A stretch of DNA of 64,000 nt from Octopus sinensis (GCF_006345805.1 NC_043002.1:65348001-65412000), one strand, 5' to 3'. Counted from the stretch's first letter, positions 24,514-41,560 are shown. Translations and numbers: made by a program. Notes: generated by a model from the sequence alone, not told the origin.

Positions 24514-25669
24514 CATATATGACGGGCTTCTTTCAATTTCCATCTGCCAAATTCACTCAGAAGTCTTTCGTCGGCCCGAGGCTATAGAATAAGACACTTG
24601 CCCCAAGATGCCAGACAGTATCTGAGCCCAGAACCATGTGGATTCCTAACACTGGCACAAATCAATCTGTCGCTGTTGAGCAGAATATTGGAGGTATGCT
24701 CCCATTATCTAACTGGTACTTTATTTATTATACTGCTGCGAAAACGGTTGAGAGTCAAACTTGTAACGACTGAATTTGAACTTAGATACCTATAGTTATT
24801 TGATCTAACGATTACTCTATCCTTCCTCCACCCCAAAATCTAACAGTCTTTCTAATTCGGCACATAGCCAGAAATTTGAATTAGCACAGAAGACGAATTA
24901 ACAGAGTCGATCATCGTACACGACTGGTATGTTATGATATCAACTTAGAAATGAGGAAATACAAAAACCATCAATGAGAGATTTGAACTGTGAAGCTATA
25001 TCTCCGGGACAAATAATAATTGAATCAATCCCCTGCTCCAGGATGAATTATGAAGGTTTAAGCACAAAGCCAGCAAATTGGATGAGAATGGGTTCGTCGA
25101 CATCATCAAGTTTAGAACATAGCAGATAATTCATTTTATCAACCCCAAAGATATGAGAGGCAAAGTTGGCGCCGACTGAATTTGAGCTCAAAATATAATG
25201 ATCTGGAATATTATCGAAAATATTTTCCCGACACTCTAAAGATTATAAAGTTTCTGAAACTTCACTTTCATACGAATGTTAAAGAATAATCAAATATGGA
25301 GTGTAACGTTGGGTATGGATACGTAGTTCGGGTTCAGAGTTACAGAAGATTAAATCGACTTCAGCAAGTATTTAGTTGCGATAACATTGCAAGTTAAAGT
25401 CGTACTGAAAAAAAATTATTATATTATGTAAAGTATCAAACTGAAATAACGTTGCATTACTAGTTTTAGTAGGATACAATAGGATATAAAAATATATATC
25501 TCTATTTAATAATAGCCGATATAAATTTTGTTTCGTTGGTTGGCTGGTTGATTTTCTCCATCATAAAGAGAGAAAGGGGAAGACGAAAAAGATACAGAGG
25601 AAATTCATATAAGAGGTGTGGACTGAATGGCTTTCTGAAAAATACATACCTTTTTACTGATATTTCTTA

Positions 25670-28243
<2,574 letters not shown>

Positions 28244-28778
28244 CATACATATATATATATATACTTACATATTTATATATATATATACACATATACATAC
28301 ATATATATATGTATATATAAGTATAGATAGATAGATAGATTGATTGATAGATAGTTAGACAAACTGATAGATGGCTTTACATACATAGATACATCTAAAT
28401 GGACATTGACTGATGAGGACGTAGCTGCGAATTTTCTGTTATGTTTGTGTCAAATTTTCCGTTTGCTAGTTTTTTGTTAAATCTTTGAATGATATATATG
28501 TATATAAGTGTGAGGTTGATATATGCAAATTCATCACTGGAATATGCCAATCAAAATCCTGCTTGGAAATGTGTCTGCCAATAAATCTATCATTTACGTA
28601 TAGTCTATTTATTATGTAAATAGTTGCTCTCAGTAGGTGGATATGATTGACTGAGTGCTGCGATTATTGTGTGAAGTTGTACAGGCGAGATTTTGAATGT
28701 AATTATATTTACGTCTCCTGTGTTTACTTTTTCTTGATAGAAATGTGTGGAAAGCTCCAGGACATTGTTGATCTATCA

Positions 28779-29103
28779 CAGTGGTTCTTTACCGAGATTC
28801 ACGTGGCCCCTGAGTGTCCATATAAGGCTTTCGGGGATCCACGCAAACAAAATAGTAATCTGGGGACGCACAAAAGTATATTAAGCGTTCATTGAAAAAT
28901 TTGCTTTAGGTGTGTTTATTGCGAGAAATAGCTAGCATTCATTCTCGAACATTCTATATAGGTGAAAATACAGAAGTTAGTGTGTCAAGAACAAAATTGG
29001 AAAATAAAATTTGTCTTTAAACATTGAATGGCTATGAAGGCCCATCATAAGAGAATAGCAATCAAATAGGTCTATAGAGAAGAAAAAATGGTTGAAACCA
29101 CTG
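28779..29103. mobile_element. hAT MITE
   Basis: TIRs CAGTGGTT.../...AACCACTG; 8-bp TSD ATCTATCA / ATCTAACA. Confidence 0.8.
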
Positions 29104-29744
29104 ATCTAACAGAAGAATGCTCAAACCCTTTCTAGCCGAAGTCATCTTGAATATTTCTTTCAGACATTGTGTTGTGGGGATTTCACTTCCCCGAAATTTT
29201 CTTGGCTGGTTAAAAAGGATGAACGATTTTTGGTGAAGGTTCTCATAAGCTCATGTTGTGTTGCACCAATACCCCCTACATTTCACATACCCAAAGCTAA
29301 TTCCAGTGGACAATTGAACCGACTTTCTCTAACATTCTCACTTTCGGAATCACCCTCTACCACATTTCTTTCTTTTTGCTTCGGTGCCTGATGGAAAACA
29401 GGTGTAAAAAATCATAATAAAGATACAAGCTGTGTATTTTTAATCTTACAAATTCGTTGACGTGAAGTTCGAAGTCGATTTTCGAAAGCTGATTGATAAG
29501 GATGTCTCTTTGTTGAGTATATTAAGTACATGAAGAAAAACCATTATTATTGTTGTTGCTGTTGTATTTGTTGTCGTTATTATTGTTTATTACTCGGTGT
29601 AGATTCCAAGAGATTATTTGTGAGTCACGTTACGTACCAATGCTTGCGAATCTTCAGCTTTTCATATATCTTTATTTCAATTTTACTTTTATTTATTTCG
29701 GGCTGCGGTCATTTTATTACTCTGCCCCTTTCCCTGGGTTTCGT

Positions 29745-30000
29745 TCTGGTGAATATGTGGGTGTGATAATGTTTCCCTTATTTCCGTTTCTTGCAGTGAT
29801 GTGAGTTCATCTCCTATGTCAAATAAGACTTTCACAAGATGACCTATTACCAAAAACCCCATTTTCGCCTCAAAGATCCCTTAGATTTTCGACAAGGTAT
29901 TGAACTGATTTGAGACTATGAACCCTAAGCTGTTACAATATTGTATCTTTACTGTAGATAGAACGACGGGATATTTTGCACTATGCACTGGCGTTCAATT
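29745..30000 (-). mobile_element. Old CR1-like 3' fragment
   Basis: QYCNSLGF and GDELTSLQETEIR match the CR1 C-terminus at 26372-26838. Confidence 0.6.
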
Positions 30001-31129
30001 CGGAGCGGGTAATGCGAGCGCAATCCTGCTCTCTTTAAAAAAAAACAAGTCAAAAACGTAACACACCAGAAAGATTCACCGTTTTCTCTACGGACTCTTA
30101 GATTGCATTATCCTTATACATGCTAAGGGGAGGCTTTCACGAAATATAATAGAGTGAGCATTAAAAAATACATATCAAAATATAAAATATTTTTTCTGAT
30201 TTATATTTATTGGCACCACATTACATATTTGCCTAAATTTTCATTTGCATTGCTGAATGTATTTTTAATATATTTCCTCATTTAGTTAAACGTAATTTTG
30301 TTGCTGTCTTTAGCGGAGAAGTTCATAGAAATATAAATGCTTGGAGCAGTACGTATTATTCTGGCTGTAATATATGTTATATATTTAATATTAAGATGGT
30401 TCTAGGTAAACCAAATTTCTAAATGTGTGTCGTTATGAATAAATGAATATATAAATGATTGAATGGATACATAAACGTAAAAGAAAAGAGAAAGAGCCGA
30501 AGCATTTTTTAAGCAAATATAATGTATAGACGAGATTGACATTATAACAATAAAATAAAGGATTGGATGATTAAGCGAACGTCAAACAGATAGAAACGAC
30601 AGACAGAAGACCGTAAAGAGCGGCGAAATGGAAAACTTTAATAGATATATAAATAAATAGTTAAATAAATAAATATAAGGAGAGATATAAAATGAAAGGA
30701 GAAAAGACGGAGAGAAGGAAGTAGGTAGGGAAACTCATAAACAAGCGGTCAGAGAGAGAAAGGAAGGCGAAAGACGAAAAGAATTGTTTAAGCTGTAGGT
30801 TATCGAAGAAAAATAGCAAGGGAAAAATTGGAAAGAAAGGTTAAAAGCATAGAAAGAAGGATTGAAGGAGAGAAAATATAATAAAAATGTAAATGTTCAA
30901 AGAAATCACAGCTAAATTCAGGATAGATTTGAAGACGAATATACATTTAGAAACATAGATATATAGATAGGTAGATCACAGAAAAAGAGAATGGGTCAGG
31001 GGGGGGGGGGGCAAAGGTTGGCGAAACACACAGATAAACAGTTGAATACTTAGATAAGCGAGATAGCTTGGCAGTTATGTTTATATAAGTGAATGCGTAT
31101 GAGAATGAGGAAGAGGGGGGGAGACACCG

Positions 31130-31134
<5 letters not shown>

Positions 31135-31166
<32 letters not shown>

Positions 31167-31214
31167 TATATATATATATATATGTATGTATATATGCATG
31201 TATGTATATATATG

Positions 31215-31249
<35 letters not shown>

Positions 31250-31293
31250 ATATATATATATATTATATATATATAATATATATTATATTATAC

Positions 31294-31324
<31 letters not shown>

Positions 31325-31466
31325 ACATATATATATATAGACATAATATATATATATATATATACATATATATATACACATAATATATATTACATATATA
31401 TATATATATATATATATATCTTATAATATACATATATATATATATATATACATAATATATATATAC

Positions 31467-31538
<72 letters not shown>

Positions 31539-31761
31539 TATATTATATACATATTATATATATATATATATATATACATATAGTATATATATATATGTAT
31601 ATGTATATATATTACATACAGTATATATATAACATTTATAAATATACATATATATATATATATTAATATAATATATTAACATATATATATATCTTATATT
31701 ATACATATATATATATATACATATATATACATATCTATATATATATATATATATATACATA

Positions 31762-31806
<45 letters not shown>

Positions 31807-32126
31807 GATACATATATATATATTATATATATATATACATATATGTATATATATATGTATATGTATATATATATACATATATATACATATATATATGTAT
31901 ATGTATATATACATAACATATATGTATATTTATTTTATTTATACATATATATATATGTATGTATGTATATATGTATGTATGTATGTACAAACACACAGTA
32001 AGAATCCGAACAATGAGAAGACAGAAACACAGGGAAGTTTTTTAAGAAAACAGAAGCCATTGAATCCAAAAGTAGAAATACATACTTGCATACATACATA
32101 CGTACATATATACACATATACACACA

Positions 32127-32175
<49 letters not shown>

Positions 32176-32210
32176 TGGACGTGTGTGTGTGTGGGCGTGT
32201 GTGTGTGTGC
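31135..32210. repeat. (TA)n then (GT)n microsatellite field
   Basis: Seen directly. Confidence 0.95.
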
Positions 32211-33313
32211 AAGACCTTTAGAGAAACGAGAGAGATGGCAATGAACGAAGCAAAGCAACAAAGGCGATAGACTGTCAGAAAGAAAGTACGAAATAACGTG
32301 ACGAAACACTACAAAGTCTCGATAAAAGTAAGAAAGGTTGGAATAATATAAACGAGTAAAATACAGTAGTGGGGGGGCGAAGGTGTCAAGTAGGTGTGAA
32401 GACGTAAATGACGTTTTTAGCAATGCTGGCATTACTTTCGTTTCCATTAAGAATTATTGTTGGTAATATGGCCGATGTCCAAATCGGATCTAAATGTTCG
32501 GCAATCGATTCTAGAGTGACCACAACAATAATCGTATAAGATCATCGACAAAATAAGGTCAGCTGAGAAGAAGGAAGTTGGATCGTGACATGAGAGAGAA
32601 TTCCGTCAATAATGCTCTCGCCTTCTCTCTCCCTGTTCCTTTTACATCTTGCGTATTCCTATATATATATGTGTGTAATTGAGTGTGTGTGCGTGTGTGT
32701 ATACACACACACGCACACACACACACACACACATATATATGTATGTATGTACGTTTGATTTTATGTTCAGTTATAATAAATAGGAATTTTACATTAATCT
32801 CATCGGTTACTCAATACTTTTGCAGAAGGCAAAATTTATTATTCTTCAACAAGGAAGTTGTCGACAGTGATTTCGAAGATTCGGTCAGTTATGTCATTCT
32901 TGTATAGGCAACTAGACAGACAAGTATTTAGTGAAAAAGAGAGGGGGAGAGTGAGAGAGAGAGCTGTATGTAGCTATATAGATAGATAGAAATATATATT
33001 GATATATATTTATGTTAGGTGTTTATATATATATATATATAAAATAATGGAATGGAGCAGGTAAGATCCAGGCTACATATGCTTCCTTGTTACTCCACTT
33101 GCTAGGCATCAGGCCGACGATACCTTAGTTAAATGGGGGTTTCATTTCCGTCAAGGTCCGACAATAAAGATATTGAATTATTCACAGTTGACATAGCAAA
33201 TGACCCCAGTTAATATTCATAACGACCTTCTCCTATTCAGCTTCAATCTAACAAAACTTCCTCCCTCTTATCTCCTTTTCTTTATTTTTATTCTTTTTCG
33301 TATTTTTTTCATA

Positions 33314-33705
33314 CAGGAGTGGCTGTGTGGTAAGTAGCTTGCTTACCAACCACATAGTAACGGGTTCAGTGGCACCTTCGGCAAGTGTCTTCTACAATAG
33401 CCTTGGGCCACGAATCCCTTGAGAGTAGATTTGGTAGACAGAAACTGAAAGAAGCCCGTCGTATATATGTATATATATATTTGTATGTGTGTGTATATGC
33501 TTGTGTCCCCCCCCCCCCAAATCGCATGACAACCGATGCTGGTGAGTTTACGTCCCCGTAACCTAGCGGTTCGGCAAAAGAGGCCGATAGGTTAAGTACT
33601 AGGCTTCCAAAGAATAAGTCCTGGGCCTGATTTGATCGACTAAAGGCGGTGCTCCAGCATGGCTGCTGTGAAATGACTGAAAGAATTAAAAACGAGTAAA
33701 AAGAA
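33314..33705 (+). mobile_element. SINE family B with a small deletion in the head
   Basis: CAGGAGTGGCTGTGTGGTAAGTAGCTTGCTTACC head; canonical tail. Confidence 0.9.
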
Positions 33706-34694
33706 AACGAGTATGTTTTTCTTTTTTTCTTTGTTCTCTCACTCCGTGCTTTCCACCAAGTTTCGATCAAACCCCCTGCGAGTTAACTTGGGATCTGTTG
33801 AGGACAATTTATCCTTCATTTGACTAAGGTGTCTTCGGCTCGATGAGTAGCTAATGGAGTAAATCCCCCACCCCGTTGAGTATTTATTACTTCCGAAATT
33901 CTGTTAGCTAGGAAACATATGTAGCTAGGATTTTACCTGCTGCATTCCTTCATTTGGGATTTTTATTCATATGCATAACAACCTTTGATGTCAACTGTGG
34001 ACTATGAAATATTTTTTTCAGCTTACCAAACTTCGATATGAGAAAAAACGCACAACTTTCTATGGCAATAAACTTGTATTGTTCCTGAAAGTTGTCTTTT
34101 ATACTTTCTACCGACTGTTCGAAGCTTACTTACTTCCTACACTTACATCTTTGGATCATACATTTACATATCCTTATAGATGACTGTGTGTGTGTAGCTA
34201 TATTTATGTATGTGTATGCATATGTGCGTCTGACTTTCTTTGCGCATGTGTTCATGGACATAAATGCGATTTATTTTTTAAGAGTACAATTTACGATCGA
34301 TAGAGTGTTGGCTGTTCCAAGATTCTAGTGGTTCAATCCATGATTCCTAACATTTCTAAAGAGCATATTGAAAAGATGAAAAAGTGGATATCTCTCTAAA
34401 CTCGATGGCTTAAAGAGATCCGACTTTTTGCCCATGATTATGGCCTTCGAGGATACATTTCGGTGAAAGATATTAACATAGATATGCACAAATACACATA
34501 CCATACAGAAACACCGATACCTTTAATCACACACGTGTGTGTGTGTGTGGAATTGATACTGTGTAAGATGTATTATATCATCAAATGTTAGGTAAAGATT
34601 CAGAATAACATTTTGCAATTTCTTTTTTCTTCTTTTATATTTTTTTCTGCAACCAAAAAGCGTAATATTTCGTTTATATCTATATTAGTCGGAG

Positions 34695-35050
34695 TCACGG
34701 CTGAATAGTAAGAAGCTTACTACACAGAACCATGCGATTGCCACCCATCTAAATGTATCCGGGTTCAGTCCCGCTGTGTGGAACATTGGGCTAGGGAGCC
34801 TCGATCGTCCCGATTGATAAAGGACCTCTGAGTGGATTTAGCAGACGGAAGCTGAAAGAAGCTCACCATATATACGCACACACACACACACACACACACA
34901 TATGTATATGTGTGTGTGTGTGTATTTATGCTCGTGTTTGTGTCTTCATCCCCAATCACCATTTCACAACTGTTTTTGATTTTTTAACACCCTGTAACGT
35001 AGTGATTAGTCAATCTGACAACGAAAATATAAGCACCAGGCTTAAAAACT
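34695..35050 (+). mobile_element. Decayed SINE family B
   Basis: GGGTTCAGTCCCGCTG, GACGGAAGCTGAAAGAAGC, GATAATAAGCACCAGGCT-like motifs. Confidence 0.6.
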
Positions 35051-35271
35051 ATGTACTAATTTGCTTGGACTACATCAATCCTGTCTCAGAACAGTGTTAA
35101 ACTAATCGTCTCTAATATGAAAAAGGGAACGTCTTGAAAATTAAGGAAAGTTTTACTTCCTCCAAGAAAGTTAGAAAGAGTTAGGCGGAAGCATTGAGTT
35201 ACGGAAACATTACCAATCCAATTCAAGTTGTTAGTGATGTGACAAACACGGCACAGACGCACAGACACAAA

Positions 35272-35312
<41 letters not shown>

Positions 35313-35761
35313 CTGTGTTTGTGTGTGGGGATAAATTTGGGGGATATGTCAATTAGTGTGTTGAGTAAAGCATATTCACAGTTTTGGCTACCTGGTGCTA
35401 TCCATGGTTGGAATATATTTCATATGTATCTCGTCAGGAATTCCGCCGTGCATGTCCGGGAGTGAAATCCCCTTTCCGTTAACCTAAATGTAATCTTTCT
35501 TTGACAGGTTCTTCTCGCTATATTTTATGATTGTATGATTTTAAATTTATGTTATAACTGAAATACATCGGGCAAGAAGAACATGGGTGGGACAACTCAG
35601 TATATCTAGCGGGACGTCCCCTTTCTTATGCATGCATCTTATGTGACACAAACTGCACAGATTGATGCAACACAATTAGATGCACAATATCCTACCCATA
35701 GTTGCAGGATGGGTCGAATAAAGTCTAGTGCTATATCTATCTTCCGTTTCCTTCATCAAGG

Positions 35762-37430
35762 GCAGGAATAGCTGTGTGGTAAGTAGCTTGCTTTGCGAGC
35801 CGACCACTGGAAGGGGAGAATTTTTGTTTCTCCCCACTTATGAAGGAGGAGACTAACAAGAGCTTTGGCGTGTGGGCTGCCACCCGGTGTAGAGCCCGAA
35901 TGGATAGAAGACACTATTCGTCGGGGTCTGGGTGGCAGCACTGCCAGGCTCTTGAATGTCAAAATTCTCCCTGCAGCTGAATGGGAAGGATCAAAAGCAA
36001 TTTAGCCAGATTTTCTAACAATGGCCGGTTCCAGGTACCCGTTGATCCTTGAAGGACGTCCCCCCTCCGATGTCATCTGTGCCTGGAATTGGGCCACATA
36101 AAGAAAACTGCCGCCGGGACCAAGCAAAGGTCCTGGAACAGTTAACAGAAGAGCCCCTGCTCCCCCAATTGGAGGGGAGAGAGAGAGGGAGGAAGTCCAA
36201 GGGAGGCAACCCCATCGAAAAAGAAAGGGAAAGAAAAAAGAAAGAAGGTGGGCAACAATGGTTGCCCACCAATGGATCCTGAGGCACCGGGAGGAATGGA
36301 AGGATTTCCAGCAAAGACGGATTAACTCCATCCTCCCGTCGTGAAGGAAAAGAAGAAACGTAACAAGAAAAACAGGACATTCCCGGCGGTCGATGGTGAA
36401 CTGCCGGCATGCCCAGAAATTTTGTCGGTGGGATGTGTGCCACCGACAGAGGAAAGAGCAGCTCCTCCCAGAAGGAAGAAGATGATTTTGTCATCTTCCA
36501 GAAGGGAGGGGCAATACAGAGCTTCGTAGAGAAGCTGGATGACCGGAGAGAGGAGTTCATGCCCTGGACAGAGGACGAGAATTGACCTTCACAGGTAACT
36601 ACAAAGGTCGTATCGGGTGTCTCTATGTTCAGGGTGATGGGCGCCTTCTCGAAGGAATGTTCAGATTTGCATTCTGGGGCCCCGACCTGGAGCTGGAGCA
36701 GTGCCTAAGGGTAGCGTACAGTCTAGTCAGGGAGGAGGATAATTGAATTTTGTGAACTATGTTATTATTTGTGAACTATGTTATTATTTGGAATTTGAAG
36801 TCCAAAAACTTGAAAGAATTGTAAACACTGTAACAGGTTTAATACCTCGTTTTGTGTTTGTTTTTAACGAAAAATGTTTTAGACAAGCAAAAGCCGGCGG
36901 ACGCTTTTTGTCTTCTCCCATCCTTATTATCCTTGTTCCGTTATCATTCATTTCATTAATGTTCTTGTCTAGCCCGCAAAGCTACTATACTCCATGTACT
37001 GCCTTTATGGCAATTATAATGAAATAGAGTAGCTTGCTTTGTAGCCACATGATTCCGGGTTCATTCCCACTGCATGGCACCTTAGGCAAATGTCTTCTAC
37101 TGTAGCCTCGGGCCGACCAAATCCTTTTGAGTGGATCTGTTAGACGGAAACTGAAAGATGACTGTCGTGTATATATTTGTGTATATATATATATATATGT
37201 GTGTGTGTGTGCGTGTGTGTGTGTGTGTCTTTGCGTCTCTGTTTGTCTCCCCACCATCAGTTGACAACCGATGTTAGTGTGGTTATTTTCCTGAAACCTA
37301 GGTGTTTCAAAAGAGACTGATAGAATAAGTACTAAACTTCCAAAGAATAAGCCCTAGTGTCGATTTCTACGACTAAATGTGGTACTCCAGCATGGCCACA
37401 GACAAGTGACTGAAATATGTATAAGAAAAG
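35762..37430 (+). mobile_element. SINE family B split by insertion of E3 (head 35762-35795, remainder 37028-37430)
   Basis: Removing the insert and one TSD copy restores a normal B head. Confidence 0.85.
35796..37027 (+). mobile_element. ORF1-only retroposon E3 (5'-truncated, frameshifted)
   Basis: 14-bp TSD AGTAGCTTGCTTTG (35782-35795, 37028-37041); PTY..RRLTRALACGLPPGVEPEWI, YPLILEGRPP/RCHLCLELGHIKK/NC knuckle; tail GCCTTTATGGCAATTATAATGAAATA. Confidence 0.8.
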
Positions 37431-37453
37431 TGCATATATATATTATATATATA

Positions 37454-37499
<46 letters not shown>

Positions 37500-37773
37500 A
37501 GTTCAGTGTCGGTTTCAGTCACTGAGACCTTTTCAACTGTAAACATGGAAAACAATTTAATTTTGGAAAAATTAAAGAATTTTTTTTTAAAGATATGTGT
37601 ATAGCATTCAAATACAAGAGGAATTTTCGTTGTTTCTGTCTGTCAAAAGAGACTGCCTGCTCAAAAGTGACGTCTCAAGAAGTCAATTACTATTACCATC
37701 CACAACGGATCACTTTCATGTCACTTGACCATTTACCATATTACTATCATGACACTCCGCATTATTATTATTA

Positions 37774-37822
<49 letters not shown>

Positions 37823-37823
<1 letters not shown>

Positions 37824-38369
37824 GAGTGGGAGAGTAGTGCATACCATCAAAGTGACACTGGGGTAAAATATACGAAGCGTAGTATACCCATCATGACTAC
37901 CCATCTGAAAAGGGTACACTAGACACAGGCATCACAAGCATATGTGCGCGACATGGTGATCTCATATCAAGATAAACAGCGCATGAACTTGCAGGTAGGG
38001 CCCAATTAGAAGTTTCTTCTGGTCGAGTGCCCCTTCCTGCACAAAAGGTCCCTGAATAAGGATTGTTTCAGGACGTTAAGGATGTTTCCAAAGATGAATT
38101 ATCCAAACCTCTAAGAATTCCTTTCAACACACGGCTATGATGCTCCCCCACTACCTCTGCTCATGATCAGATATGAACATATCGTCAGCCACTAGGGGAC
38201 ATGGTCAACTGGTTAAGGTCAAACAACTGACATGCAAATCTGTGGCATTGAGCAGAATATTTGCTGTAGACCATCTTTTATACCAAGACAAAACAATGTA
38301 CATAATAACACTTCCAATCAGTTAAGATCAGAAGCCATGAGAGCCACTGTCTAGTACTGCATCAGGGCA
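37823..38369 (-). mobile_element. Unclassified 547-bp element embedded in (ATT)n
   Basis: Complex sequence bounded by (ATT)n on both sides; minus strand TG...CA ends and TATAAAA ~90 nt inside. Confidence 0.45.
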
Positions 38370-38392
38370 TTATTATAATTATTATTATTATA

Positions 38393-38423
<31 letters not shown>

Positions 38424-39059
38424 TATTATTATTATTACTATTATTATTATCCTTCTTCTTCTTCTCTACCAAGAATTCACAACGAACTCGAACCCACAAG
38501 AGTAAACAAGAAAGACAGAGATGGCAGAAACAAGGAAAATGCCCCTTGTATTTGAATACTATGCAAATATTTTTTTTTTTAACTTTTCTATTAATTTTCC
38601 CAAAATTTAATTGTTACCCATACTTACAGATGAAAAAGTCTCAATGACTGAAACCGGTACTGAAATGTTTTTTATAATATTATTTTAGCATTTTCTTCCT
38701 TAATCTTTTCTTCAATATATATCAACTCGTGTGTTCCTTTTCAACCTTCTACATATATATATATACATATAGATGGATGGATGGATGGATGGATGGATGG
38801 ATGGATGGATATATAGATGTACGACGGGCCTCTTCCGTCTACTAACTCAGTTTAGATGTATTTCGTGGGTCCGGAGTATTAGTAGAAGGCACTTGCTCAA
38901 GATGCTACGCAGTGAGACCGAACGCAATACCGCATGCTTACGAAGTTAGCCTCTTAATCATAGAACCACGTTTGCCACACACTTTATTCTCGATCTAACC
39001 GCAAACGCTAAAATAATATCTACGAAAAATCTCTGAAAACCAATTGTCGCCTGATATAC

Positions 39060-39600
39060 ATTTTGAAACTGACTCCGACTTGAGTAGATTCTGATCCATT
39101 ATGAAATGTTATCCTTCATCGCGAAACTGTTGAAGAATGCGAGGCAAAGATGCTTGCCCGAACTATTTCAACTAAATTACAACGGCAAAACATTATTTAA
39201 TGTTTCTCGGATTTGTGGTGCCATCTTTGCCAATTATATCGATACTACAAAAGCATAAAATCTACTGAATGACTTAATGTTAGTTCAGGTCTACTTCAAG
39301 TCTCTGCTATTATAATCAAACCCACTGCGCTTTAATTCCCAGAATTTCTAACCAGTCATCATACTTCGTGAACATTTTTGTCAAAGCAACCCACTGCTAT
39401 AAAGCAGGCCTCCTAAACATTGGCCCCAAAGAACAAATTGTCAATAACCTCTCTTCACGACAATATATTGAAGAATGGATTCAGGAAAACTATCTGGTTC
39501 GCAACGTTTTACTCCTTAAAGGTTAAGACAGCAGTAATGGAAAATTTATTACCAAACATCTCCTGTAAGGAAATCATTATCAAAAACATTTTTGCCTCGT
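39060..39600 (+). pseudogene. Ancient LINE reverse-transcriptase relic
   Basis: Frame-jumping motifs LLKNA..TLFNVS..G, NF*PVIIL (NYRPISIL-like), LSSRQY/GFRK. Confidence 0.45.
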
Positions 39601-40389
39601 TCTTTCCATCTATTTATTTTTGTTCGCTTGTTTTCTCTCACCTAAAATTATCAATCTTTACCTACGGTGAAACATTATATGAAACGTATTAATTTGAGCC
39701 GAGATACTTTCACTTCTAGAACATCAGTTGCTACACACCAACAACGAGATAAAGCGAACAAACTTAACATTGATGTCAAAATATTCTCAAAACTAGGACA
39801 ATTTTCGAGCAATTGTGCATTATATTTCATCATTAGTTTCTTTATCATGGTTAGAACATACAATTTTTGTCTAGAATTAAATGAATTCCAGCGCATCATT
39901 TTTCAGGCATTCCAATTTTAGATGTGACATGACGCACAAATCTCAATAGATGGATGATTTGTTATTTAGACGAGTCCAATTATTGTAGGATTACATCGAA
40001 CCGACAGAGGCTCCTTTAGTCATGTGAAAGTAGTGGTAACCTGTGCTATACCAACAAGTGTGTGTAGATGTGGGGTGGGGTGAAGTGAGTGCATGTGTGT
40101 GTGTGTATTCATTTGGATGTGTGCTTGTGCGTGTGGGTATGAGTTTATGAGAAATATAACAGTACGAATAGCTTTCTTAAATCTCTGGTAATACAAATCT
40201 CTGTCAAAGTCTTAATACATATATATATATATACATATATAAACACACACACATACATATATCTATGTATATATTGGCCGTTTCCCAACTTAGCCACCAT
40301 TTACAACAATTAAAATGATTTATGGCTATTATAGAACCTAAATATTGGTGTATTGATTTTGGTATAGGGAAAATTCATAAGCACTATAT

Positions 40390-40448
<59 letters not shown>

Positions 40449-40595
40449 TATATATATATAAACCTACATACACACACTCATTTATGTGTGTGTGTGTCCG
40501 TATGAGAGCGTGGCTATGTACGTATGTATTACGCATGTATATAAATATTTAGGCAAGTATATATGTAAATAGAAATATATAGTATTCCATGTATG

Positions 40596-40634
<39 letters not shown>

Positions 40635-41397
40635 GCTTATGTTCGTGTACGTATGTATGGCTACACATGTGTTCCCTGTGTTTGTGTCTGTCTGTTGGTC
40701 TGTTTGTCTGTGTGTACATAGTTATTCAGACTGAAAACAAGTTATATACGACTGGAGCCCGTATTTTTTTTATATTTTTCAAAATATATTTGCTTCGTTT
40801 TTATTTCAAATCGTATTTGATTCATATACTTATTTGTCACTAAAAAGATTCCCCCAGGGTATAATTAAATATTTATCATAGTCTTGTTAAAAGTTTTACG
40901 CCATTGTTAAGTGTATTTTGTTTTAACACAATTTATTTCATAGCGAATTATCTGTTTTTTCACGTCTTGTATTTTTAAGGATTTTTTCGCTCTTCCTTGA
41001 ATATGACGATAGATGCGAGTGATTATTTGGGAAAGATCAAATTTTAATTATAGGATGTTATTTAATCTTGCATATTTTCATGAAAATTCTGTCGTGATTC
41101 ATGGACACATTATTTTTCTTTCTTTGTCTTTCGTTTCTTATTTAGTCTTGTTTGTTCTTTCTCGCAGATTTCATTTATCTGTTTCTTATAATTACTAGGT
41201 CACCCGTTAGGCATTTTATTTTATAAGTGGAACAAAGTTGTGATGAATTAAAATGTTTCACCTCGATCTCTTCAATTCCATTGTTTTGTATTTTTTCTCC
41301 ACAGGTGGTGGTGGTGTGTTTTCTTTTGCGTTTGTCTTTATCTCTAAACTTGACATAGTGCCGATAGATATTTCTCACGTGTAAATAACATTGCATG

Positions 41398-41455
<58 letters not shown>

Positions 41456-41560
41456 TATATATATTTGAGTGTGTGTGTGTGTGTGTGCGTGTGCGAGCGT
41501 GTGTGTGTGTGTGCGCGCGCGCGCATGCGTGCGTGTATATATGCATATATATATATATCT

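Noticed and set aside
29680-29835. Exon-like GDELTSLQETEIRETLSH on the minus strand
   Set aside because: Homologous to the CR1 C-terminus (PDEPTSRQETR)
39289-39521. 233-nt open frame with plausible splice sites and three N-glycosylation sequons, initially read as a receptor exon
   Set aside because: Neighbouring frames reconstruct LINE RT motifs (NF*PVIIL, RQY/GFRK), so a decayed retroelement is more parsimonious
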